A DNA stretch of 36,193 nucleotides from NCBI GenBank assembly GCA_943704425.1, contig CALSCP010001624.1:1-36193 (forward strand), read 5' to 3'. The notes under the pieces are model-generated. The model was given only the letters and a program-made list of their open reading frames with translations. It did no database searches and was not told the DNA's origin. The DNA comes from Ministeria vibrans ATCC 50519 (taxonomy: Eukaryota > Protista > Filasterea). Shown here one piece after another: positions 26,355 to 36,193 of the stretch. Positions within the stretch are counted from its first letter, which is position 1, and each line of letters begins with the position of its first letter. Both the position numbers and the translations under genes were made by a program.

Positions 26355-27864
26355 ATGGACGCTGAGCATTTGGATCAGTTGCGCCAATACCACTCTCGCA
26401 AGGCCATCGAGCACACCAATGTCGAGGTGGAGCAGAGAGAGCGCGAGCGTCTTCTGAGACTCAAGCTGGAGGGCGGCGGTGCGGGGGGCGGCAGTGGCGG
26501 TGCGGCGGCGGGGAGCAGCAGCAGCAGTGGGGGCGGCGGCGGGGGCGGGGGCGCGTCGGCCGACACTCGTCGCAAACGCGCCAAGCCGGGCCCCAAAGCA
26601 GCCGCAGACAAGGCCAAGCAGCAGACGCAACAGCATAGGAATGCGGCGGCGGCGATAGCAGCGTCGGGCGCGTCCGCACTGCCGGCAACTGCTTCGCCGA
26701 CCGCAACGACGCCACCAGCGGACGTCCAGACGCCCTTTGCGGGTGCCGCCCCCCACGAGCAGGCGTACGCACACCCGTCGTACCACCAGCACCAGTCACA
26801 CCACCTCCACGTTCCCGGCGAGTTCTCCTCCGAAGACCTCAACATTATGCACTGGATGCAGTCGCAGGAGGACCTGGCACCGCCCCTTTCCGAAGCCCAG
26901 CTGGTCAAACAGCAGATGCTACAGCAACAGCAGCAGCAAGAGCAACAGGAGAAACTGCTAGTGCAACAACAGATGCAACTGCAACAGCGCAACTTGCAGC
27001 AACAAGAGGCGCAGCAGCGACTGCATCAGCAACAAATACACTACCAACAGCAGCTCGAAGAGCAGCGTCGCCAACGACAGGCGCAAATTCAACAGCAACA
27101 TCTCATGCAGCTACAAACTTGCTCCAGCGGCGGTCTCAGTCGTAAGACGAACCATCGATGAATTGAGTTGAAACCTGATGTTCACTACTTACACAGATAT
27201 GGACACCACTGTGGACGTGCTCCTCGATGAACTCCTGCCCACCAACTCATTGCTTGCAACGCATCCACATGCACAATCACAGCCAACACAGGCACAAGCA
27301 CAGCCAACACCGGCACAACACCAGCAACAACACCAGCCCGTACAGCACCAAGTCCTCCCAGTTCAGCAGCAGCAGCAGCACCACCACCAACAGTTACAAC
27401 AACAGCAACTGCAACAACAATTACAACAACAGCAACTACAACAACAACTACACCAACGACAACAACAACAACAACAACAACAACAGCAACAACAACAACA
27501 ACAACAACAGCAACAGCAACAACTACTACTACATCAACAACTACAGCAACAGCAACAGCAACAGCAACATCAGCATCACGCTAGACCGCTCCACTACACG
27601 CTCACGCCACAACAGCAGCACATGCAACAGCACCTCCAGCATCAGCTGCAACAACAACAACAACAACAGCAACAGCAGCAGCCTATTCCACAGGGGGACA
27701 TGTCTCTAGACTTCCTGGACTTTCTTCCCAACAGCACCACAGCACCCGCAACTCTACTGCCAACAGCCGCTCCTGCATCGTCCATGAGTGTCCCTCCCGG
27801 CGCTCATCTCTCGTCCGACACACTCGATCGACTCCTCAACGGTCGTGATGCAGACGTACTCTAA
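26355..27864 (+). CDS. Low-complexity poly-glutamine protein (2 exons, intron 27142-27196)
   Basis: MDAEHLDQLRQYHSRKAIEH...; G/S/A-rich and very long Q-rich tracts with mixed CAG/CAA codons. A GT-AG intron joins the two ORFs in phase. No domain recognised. Confidence 0.8.
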
Positions 27865-27932
27865 AACGGCAGAAAATTGAACCTAAGTGTATCCCATTCT
27901 AAAATCAAAAACAAACGCAAGAGTCACATGGT

Positions 27933-30277
27933 TTATAGAGAGAGTGCACTCAGAGCAATGTGCGAAAGTGAATCGTAATGGTGTCCATCGTTGTCGCCCC
28001 CACCAAACACAATGACATTCCCATCGGCATAGCTCATTGTGTGCCCCGCAGTGACCCGCCCGTCCAGCACGGACGGGACTACTTCTGTCCAGCTTTGCTT
28101 ATCTATCAACATGGCCGTGTGCGTGGATAAGTGAGTGAAATCATTCGCTAAACAATAAAAAAAAAAAAAAAGAACTGACCCAAGTCGAATATGTGCGAGT
28201 CTGCCAAGGCAGCCTCACCGTCAAACCCGCCAGTGACAAGCAAACGACGACCAGGTAATGCAACGGCAGAATGCCAACTACGAAGAGTGCGTCAATAACG
28301 TACACACTGGGTTATGCATATAATGGTAAAGAAGATAAATAGAGGGAAGAGAAAAACAAGACATTCATGCAATAATTTACTCCTATTACTTATATATAAC
28401 TATGTGTCATACCTTCTTGGCGATGGTGCATTACCACTTGTAGTCTCAACGCGAGTGAACTCCATGAGCGTCAGATCAAGGGTAAACAGATCATTGAAGG
28501 CAGTGGGAGTATCCCAGCCGCCAAATATGACCAGCGTATCGTCAAAGAGAGTTGCAGAGTGTCTTAAAAAAACAGTACATGAAAGTGAGTATCTTTCTCA
28601 GTGTGAGTGCGTCTTTTTTTTCTGTGGCTAACCCTGAACGCGGACAGGGCGCATCGCCACTCACAATGGGCTGATACCAACTCTCGCGCACTATACACAC
28701 AACAACAATGCCAGTGTCAGTACACGAGAGAGCGCGACATAGCTGCAAATAAAACGAACCAAAATCAAAGATGTGAACGGCGGCAGAGCATTCGTCGGGA
28801 ATGTTGACGGACGCATGCCCATGAACTCCCCCAAAGACATACATCTCACCACGGAAGACTGTTGCAGAGTGGTATGAGCTAGTGGGTGCCTTTCCTGTGT
28901 ACTACGCACACACGCACACACACATACACACACACATACACATATACGTATAGAGAGGGTTGAGATGTGTCTGAAAACGCGTGTGCTCGGGCTTACTTTG
29001 ACTTGCGTCCATTCGCGACTAGCCAGTGAGTACGCGTGGACGTCGTTGAACCAGCGCATGTTTTTGGAGCCACCGAATACGACAAGTCGCGCGGCATCCA
29101 CATCAAGTACTGTCGTGTGACCCATGCGACCCATCGGTACCTGTCCCAAAGGACTGGGCTCGTCGTGCCAGACGGAGCCCTGGAGACGCCAGAGACGATC
29201 GCGAACCATGTCGTCACCGTCACCCTGGCCACCAAACACGACAAAGTTACTTCCACTGTCGTCCACCGCAGTCATCGTGTGACCCCACCGTCCCGACGGT
29301 GTAGCGCTAGCGACGACGCCTATCGATGGAGACGCATCCAACCCAGTTGTCGTCCTTGCCGAACCGTCCTTGTTCTTCGCAGGAGAGCCGCACTCAACGT
29401 CGTCGCCGAAGTCAAACGCACGAATGTCTTCGGCAGACACCGGAGGGCGTCTCCGCTTAGCATTGGGTGACCCGGAGGGTGCACGTCGTTTTCGCCGCGG
29501 TGCTGCGTCGTGGCTGGTCTGTGTGTCGTCGTCGTTGTCGTTGTCGGCCTGGTCGGTGTCAACGGCAGAGGACGTTTTGGGAGTTGCATACAGCATTGGC
29601 TGCATGGCGGACACGACATCGTCCACACGGTCGTGCGGGGGCGGTGTGTCGCCCGAGACAACGCGCACCAGCACCTTGGCAAGGCGCTGCTCCGAGTCCA
29701 TTCGCGCGCCAACCGCCCGCTCCTCCGCCGTCCACTCAATGCGCTGCGCAAGCGCCGTCGCCCCGGTCGCCCCGCCGAACTCGCCAACGACCTTGTCCCG
29801 CATCCGATGGTCCAACTGCAGCACTACCCGCAGTCGCTGTGTGCCCACCAGCTTCAGTGCGTCTCCCCGGCCATAAACAACCTACGTTAATATAATTATA
29901 ATAATAATTTTTTTTTTATAATTTGGCGCCAAATGAATATTGACCAAACACATATGCGACGGGCAGCGCCATGCGATCGTCGGCATATTGACTGTTCGTG
30001 GTACGTACGATGTGATCGGGGAGACTCGCAATGCGACAGCGGTACGCTTTCGGAGAGGATGAGTCGCTGAAGACAAAGGGCAGTTTAGTCGACATGCACT
30101 GTGGAACGACGTCCCTTCGATGGGGCGAACAGGGGCAGAGGCAGTGGTGCCAGCAGGGTGGTGGGTGTGGGGGGGAGGGGAGGCGCACGAGAGGCCAACG
30201 GACCTTGACTGAATGGGCATCAACTTGACGGGCGGAGCGCCATCGTCGATCACTGCAAAGACGACGGGATTCTCCAT
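27933..30277 (-). CDS. Kelch-repeat beta-propeller protein (RABEPK/KLHDC-like) with unrecognised N-terminal domain
   Basis: Repeats PSGRWGHTM...VVFGG, RMGHTT...LVVFGG, SYHSAT...MYVFGG, PCPRSG, LVIFGGWD, LLVTGGFDG, AGHTMS...VIVFGGGDNDG. Stop TAA at 27933. The 5' exon structure is approximate. Confidence 0.85.
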
Positions 30278-30435
30278 CGCACGAACAAAGATGACAGTGC
30301 ACCAGCAGAAGAGTCGCTCGTGACTAGCCAATGAAGAGAGATGGCAACAGTTATGACTTATGAATTATGACTTGATTATCACAGTGGATTAAATGTTAAT
30401 CATTTTTCGTCTTCACTTTCCTTCGAGCGACGCCA

Positions 30436-30531
30436 ATGGAGTCACCGACCGTCGAATCAAAGGAGTTTGAGCTTGGTCGGGAGCATGAACTCCGTATTGA
30501 CGTTGCCGAGGGACAACAGGCGACTATCAAG
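30436..30531 (+). CDS. CLP1: Orphan first exon resembling the CLP1 N-terminus
   Basis: MESPTVESKEFELGREHELRIDVAEGQQATIK followed by donor gtttgt. It resembles the CLP1 N-terminal pattern (F/Y)EL..E.ELR(F/I)(E/D)V. Head-to-head with the kelch gene. No further CLP1 exons in the window. Confidence 0.65.
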
Positions 30532-30549
30532 GTTTGTCATTGACTCACT

Positions 30550-30581
<32 letters not shown>

Positions 30582-30589
30582 GCGTGTAG

Positions 30590-31460
30590 GTTATGGATTT
30601 GCTCCCGGAGGCAGACAAGAACATTGCGCTGTTGGAGCAGATGATTGAGCAGAGTGCGGGTCGAATGATGGAACTGGCGACACAGTGGGAGAAGCACCGA
30701 ACGGCACTGATTGCGCAGATGCGACGGGAGAAGGAGCTGCAGAAGGAGCGAATGGGGGCGTCGCACAAGCAGCTCGAGCAGATTCGTGAGTTCCGCGAGA
30801 AGATGCGACTGACGGCAGAAGAGGCGCGTGAGAAGGAGGAGTTGTACAAGCAGTTGGTGGCTGAGTATGAGAACATGGACAAGAGCATTCATCGCTCCAT
30901 GTTCACGCGCCGCATTGCTGAAATTGTCGCCAACATTCAGAAGCAGACCAAGGACATCACAAAGGTAATTATTTTTGTGTGTGTATGTGTAACAGTGCGT
31001 CGCTGATATTGGATTTATTAGGTTCTGCTGGACACGCGCGCACTGCAAAAGGACAGCAATATTCTTGGGGAGCGCGTGCAGCGCACGTTTTTGGCGACAC
31101 AGGATTTGATTTGGGCGGCCAAGAGCAACGAGAGCGGAAAGGGCGCAGAGGCAGCCAAGACATCGTACAAAATGCTGGCGGGACTGCGCGAGAAGTGCAC
31201 GTACGAAGAGCACAAAGGACTTAGATGTTCACACTTTTATTGTTTTTGTTTCATCTCACTCTGATTGTTGCTGTAGGGCTCTTGTGACTATGGTGGAGGA
31301 GACGGGTAAGCTGCTGAATGAGATTCGTGATTTGGAGGAGCGCATTGGGACGATTCGCGGACAGAATGTCGAGCACAATATGGAGAAGATTTTGGCGGAT
31401 TTGGAGGATATTCGTCGGGAGAATGAGATGATTGAGGGGCGTGTCAAGCGAATGGAGTGA
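30590..31460 (+). CDS. CCDC22: CCDC22 3' half (exons 30590-30964, 31022-31200, 31277-31460)
   Basis: VMDLLPEADKNIALLEQMIEQSAGRMMELATQWEKHR...FTRRIAEIVANIQKQTKDITK|VLLDTRALQKD...RTF...YKMLAGLREKC|ALVTMVEETGKLLNEIRDLEE...LADLEDIRREN matches the conserved CCDC22 C-terminal coiled coil. Continues in phase from the exon ending at 19661. Confidence 0.93.
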
Positions 31461-31693
31461 ATAAAACAATTTCAATGGCAAAATGCAAAAGAGTCTGTTT
31501 AGGGTCCCCCACACAAGTGACAAGTCACAAGAGCTCCTACTCCTGAGTTCTCCGCCCCATACCTCCATTTCCCTTCAAACCTGTGAAAACAAAACCTGTC
31601 CTCTTATTATTATTTTGTATTTGCGAATAGAGCCGCGATCGACTAAATTCAATCAATTCACACACACATTTTTCATTTTTATTTGTCTTCTAA

Positions 31694-34600
31694 ATGTTCG
31701 GCTCAGGCGGCTCTCCACGAGACAACATATCTATTGGACGAGTGTACGCCGCTGTGAGACGGGCGGCGGGCGCAAGAGAAGGCGATGAGCCTCCGAGAGC
31801 GTCCGTCGCCAAAAACGTAATCTCCGCTCTCACGCAGCGCGAGATACGCTGTACACCGTCTCACCAGCACAACCCACACCCTGTACGCCACCACTTTAAA
31901 GCAACCATGCCAACCGCCGCTCATCCTTGCTTCTTCTTTTCGCACACAGTTTGTCAACGCAGTCGTTCACGTTGAATCGCGATCAGCCCGCGCCATGATG
32001 GACGCTGTGCGTCGTCTGCACGACCTTCAAGTCCTTTTCACGGACCAAGGAGCACACCTATTCCTCGACGTGCTCCAGTGGCTGTCCATGGACGACTCGG
32101 ATGGGCGACGGGACGCCTTCTTGCTGCATGGCGGCGAGCAGGTGTGTGTCAAGGCGATACTGCGCTGTGGCAACGCCGACTGGTGCGCCATTGCGCCACG
32201 GGTGATGTTAGAATGTATTGTCGAGCTTGGCGAGTTGTGTCTGATTAAGGCCACAGTGGCACGTTGCTTGTCGAGCAACAGCACGCTTCTCTTGCGTCTC
32301 TTTGAATTGATGCGCATCCCTTCCCTCTTCGACTCGGCCGTCCGGCTTGCCGAAGAACTCATTGCAATACGACCCGAAATCTTTGACCTTACTGATGTAC
32401 CCAACATTGGCGAGCTTGTTTGCTCCTTCTCCGCCCCTCAACTGTGTTACTTTGGCCGCATTCTTGTGCTCACGACCTATTTCAATGACGACACAGAGCA
32501 CCTTCTCGACCCACTCCATGACAGTCCCACTGGCAACACAACCGACGACGAAGACGACCCATCAAGCTTGAGCAGCACCAGCAATGTCATTTTATCACCG
32601 CTGCCACCGTCGCCGCCTCGGGGCGCCTCCAAAATGCTGCGTCGTCTCATTCCGAAGACAAACCGCGATCAGACACTGCAAGAGCGACGCGCCAGTCGCC
32701 ACCGGACTATTAGCCGCAACAAGGCCCTAATCCTGGGCATTCCATCGTTGTTTGATCGTCTTGTGCATCTCATGGGCGCCAACAGGATCATCCGCCGTGA
32801 CGAATCTGGCCCGCACGACTTTGGAGGGGGTCCCGTCCGTGTGCTCCACCTGAGCACCGCTGACCGTGACGCCGTCTCACTCGAACATGCCACGTCGGTG
32901 CTCACCCTCAACCCAAACCGAATGACAACCTCTGTGATGCAGGCTCATGTCAATGGCCTTTTCATGCCCGATACCACATCCGCTGTCAATTGCGTTCTCT
33001 CCATGTTTCAGAGCGACGTTCTCTTTGTTCTCTCAACTCTCATTGCCTCTGAGCGTGCGCAGGACACTCTCGTGCGCTTCTTCCGTCTCGGCGGTGCCTC
33101 CTACATTGAGCGGCTTCTTCACCGCGCGTTTGAGTGCGAACCGCACTTTAGCGATCCTCACATACACGTTCACGGTGAAGGCTGCGAGTGCAATCCAGAG
33201 AGTGTCTTTCGCATTCAGGTACCAAAAATTATTCAAGTGTCCTAAGCTCATCATCAGTTTATTCTTTTATATATAATTATATTTTTATTCATAATAATTG
33301 TATTATATTTTAATAGTTGTTACGGTTACTGCATCACATTTACGACACTTCCGCTACTCTACATACGGAAATACCGCGTCATCTGCTTTCCCAGTCTGAA
33401 ATAGTGCGTCTCTCCGAGCTGCACAAGTCTCACTACGACGCACTCGCCATTCACACTGATCTCCCTCCTTACAAATCCATCTCCTTCACTCCCCCGGTAG
33501 TTGGGTAAGAGAGCTAAATGAGAGTGAGAGAGAAGGAGGGAGAAAGAAACCAAGTGATAGAGGGTGCGTTGTGCATGTGTGTTTGTTTGTGGTGGGGTGA
33601 CTTTGTGGTGGGTGTTTGTGGTGGGGTGACTTTGTGGTGGGTGTTTGTGGTGGGTGTTTGTGGTGTGTGTCTGTGTATGTTAAGGCGTATATCAGTTTGT
33701 CTGTCTCACACACGTTTATAGCGTTTCTTCCAGCGGTCTTTCAACTTCCTCTGGGGTTCCTGTGCGCCTCTGTCGTCTTCTTCTCGCTCACCAATCTGAC
33801 TCGGAACATCGTTTCTGGCTTCTCAGTTGCGTTGAGTCCTTTGCGCGCAGTGCAAGTGATGAAGAGAAAGCTCTGCTTATCGAAGAGGGAATTCTCCCCG
33901 TAAGTGTTTTTCAAAGTGCCTCAGTCTGTCTTACAATCAAATATCTCCACTCAGTTTAATATAATATCTGTCTCTCACAATTAACCCACTCTGTTTAATA
34001 TCTCTTTCTCACAATCAAGCCATTCTGTTTAATATATATCTTTCACAATCTAATACTATCTCTCTTACTCTCTACTCTAAATTTGGCATCTGACTCTTGT
34101 CGTTCTCTCTCTCATTTTTAGTATCTCGTTCAGCTCATTCTGGAAGTCAAAGACTCACTCCAAGGAAATGCGAGTCTCCTGTCCAATTTCGATCTATTGG
34201 GCGAATTTGTCAAATGGTCTGCTCCTTCATTGTTAGCTCTAAACTCTTCGCTTACGCCTCAGCAGGTCTCACGCAAATACAAACATTTCTTACCGGCACT
34301 CATTCTTGCTTATTTATAGTGCTCTCATTTATTATCCATTGCTCAGAGTCGACTGATTGACTCAAATGTGTTTTTGCGCGATCTTCTTCTCACTGTCATG
34401 GGCCATCAGATCTCCCCTTCAATTTTACTATCTGCTCACATTCGTCAACGGTACCAAAATATACCTTGAATCCCAATACTCCTGAATAATAACCGAACGT
34501 ATTTGAGCAGAGAGTGGCGAATGAATTTCATCGAAGGGCTACTGACGACATTGGAATCGGAAGAACTGTGCTCCGACAACATTTGCTGTTTGAACACGTC

Positions 34601-35026
34601 ACTGATCTGTCTCCTCCTTTTCACCCTCCGCAAACCAAACTCCTCTTCCACTGACTCAGTGAGCAACTCATCCGCTCACTCAGAGTCTGAATGTGGTGAC
34701 ACTCACTCTCAGTCTGATTCGTCTCCTTTTGATCTGCGACTTCTCTCAGAGTACCTTTCACCCATTCCCATTCACACTCTCCTCTACTTTCGCTCTCTTA
34801 TGGAGTTTTGGCTCTTGTTCTATACCCTCAGAGGAAAAGACACTCTCGCTCTGCAAAACTCCTCAAAGTATAACCAACGCTCAATTCCCTTCCTTTGTAC
34901 ACTCCTCTGACATATCTTTTCTCTCCTAGGGTTCCCTTTGCATTGTGGCGGAAACTTGCACAGTTCCTACTGAGCGATTCCGAATGCTCAATCAATGGCA
35001 TTATCAAATCAGTATCATTATCATAA
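31694..35026 (+). CDS. TRPC4AP: TRPC4AP/TRUSS-like protein (DDB1-CUL4 substrate receptor family)
   Basis: QSDVLFVLSTL, HVHGEGCECNPESVFRIQ|LLRLLHH, HRFWLLSCVESFAR, LLIEEGIL, DLLGE.VK, DNICCLNTSL, LMEFW..FY...GKD..ALQNSS|KVPFALWR are conserved TRPC4AP blocks. First intron 31883-31949. Stop TAA at 35024-35026. Confidence 0.88.
33588..33665. repeat. G/T-rich intronic tandem repeat (TTTGTGGTGGG core)
   Basis: Several imperfect copies visible. Confidence 0.8.
33953..34050. repeat. Approx. 35-bp imperfect intronic repeat (CTGTTTAATAT...TCACAAT), about 3 copies
   Basis: Visible directly. Confidence 0.65.
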
Positions 35027-35056
35027 AAATATAATAGACAATAATAATATAATAAA

Positions 35057-35089
<33 letters not shown>

Positions 35090-35176
35090 ATAAATTTTAT
35101 TATTATAGCTCTGGGCTCTCTATTTATTTATTTTCTTCTTTAGTACTGTTATTATTATTATATTTACACTCTCTAT

Positions 35177-35980
35177 TTACATTTCTTCGTCACTCTCATA
35201 CGATACTAATCCCAATACAGTCGATTTCGACTGCTCTTCTGTTGCTGTTCTTCTTCTTTTAACAACTGCACTGCTCACCAGTGCTCTGAGTGACCGGGTA
35301 CTACTCCCCATTGTGACTTTTTCCTTCTTCTGCTTCTTGTCGATTCTTCCACTGCTCAGACTGCTATCGCCACACTGTCTCAGTCGCTTCTCGAGCGCCT
35401 TGACGCCACTCAATGGGGCACGTGTGCTTGTAAACACAGACTGACCTAGTACCTCAGAGCGTGTGTGCTGTCGTTTGCTCTCGCTCTGTGTCCGTTGAGC
35501 GTCGCCACTCGCCAGTGCCTTTGCCACGGCTCGGTCCGCTGATGATTCCGGCAACATGGGCACCGCCAGTGCATACTTGTCGGCGAGCGTCTCGCCTGCT
35601 CGACGATCGGCACGTCGCTCGTTGCGTCCAGCGCGAAAGGCAGCGCGCAATGCCTTGTTCGACTCGTACGTGTCCTTGTGAGATTCAGTCAGACGTGCCA
35701 GTTGTACGAGACCGGGCGCTGACTTTTGCGCCTTGCTTGTGTCCGCCACGCCGTGCTCCAGACGATACATGGGATCCTGTGCAAGCAACTCGGCCTCCTC
35801 GCCCCCTTTGAGCGGCACCGTCTCCACGTCGTCCGCCGTAAACTCCAAGTCTTGCCGCCGTCCACCCGCCACCACGACGTAGTCGGAGTTTTTCGGGTCC
35901 GTTTGCATCTCAATGCGATTGCTGCAGCTGGGACACTTCATTGCAAAGTGCATGATGGGCGTCGAGTAGTAGTTGCCAAC
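35177..35980 (-). CDS. YJU2B: YJU2B/CCDC130 (CWC16 family) splicing-related protein, final exon; 5' part lies outside the window
   Basis: Acceptor at 35981, then VGNYYSTPIMHFAMKCPSCSNRIEMQTDPKNSDYVVVAGGRR...DPMYRLEH...YESNKALRAAFR...LGLVSYESDEEM*. Confidence 0.9.
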   Translation of the reverse strand, partial: VGNYYSTPIMHFAMKCPSCSNRIEMQTDPKNSDYVVVAGGRRQDLEFTADDVETVPLKGGEEAELLAQDPMYRLEHGVADTSKAQKSAPGLVQLARLTESHKDTYESNKALRAAFRAGRNERRADRRAGETLADKYALAVPMLPESSADRAVAKALASGDAQRTQSESKRQHTRSEVLGQSVFTSTRAPLSGVKALEKRLRQCGDSSLSSGRIDKKQKKEKVTMGSSTRSLRALVSSAVVKRRRTATEEQSKSTVLGLVSYESDEEM

Positions 35981-35982
35981 CT

Positions 35983-36094
35983 AGAGAAGAGAGAGGAGAG
36001 AGAAACAGAGAGAGAGAGAGTTCAAGAGAGAGAGAGTTCAAGAGAGTTCAAGAGAGTTCAAGAGAGAGAGAGTTCAAGAGAGTTCAAGAGAGTT

Positions 36095-36193
<99 letters not shown>
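35983..36193. repeat. GAGTTCAAGA minisatellite merging into (GA)n, intronic
   Basis: Visible directly. Confidence 0.95.

Noticed and set aside
27227-27709. Poly-Asn ORF
   Set aside because: Shifted frame of the CAA/CAG poly-Q exon.

Overview
Gene-dense, intron-rich eukaryotic DNA, probably from a unicellular protist (taxon not determinable from sequence). Exons are GC-rich, introns short and mostly GT-AG with microsatellites, and there are two N gaps. I hand-spliced about 15 protein-coding genes: ALDH3-type aldehyde dehydrogenase, a coiled-coil protein, a secreted GH76 hydrolase, ERO1, an LRR/Pro-rich protein with a predicted myristoylation motif, an intronless phosphatase with two catalytic domains, Cwc2 with an extra WW domain, CCDC22, two tandem HtrL/YibB-like glycosyltransferases, an ABCB half-transporter, a poly-Q protein, a kelch protein, TRPC4AP and the 3' part of YJU2B/CCDC130. 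The most striking structure is that CCDC22 lies in two halves (17809-19661 and 30590-31460) about 11 kb apart, with five other genes between them. An orphan CLP1-like first exon (30436-30531) sits in frame directly before the CCDC22 3' half. Both junctions are poly-T tracts and one abuts a 10-N gap, so a chimeric assembly is the likeliest explanation, but nested genes or a CLP1-CCDC22 fusion cannot be excluded without reads. Family assignments come from recalled motifs, not database searches. No rRNA, tRNA, CRISPR array or intact mobile element was recognised.
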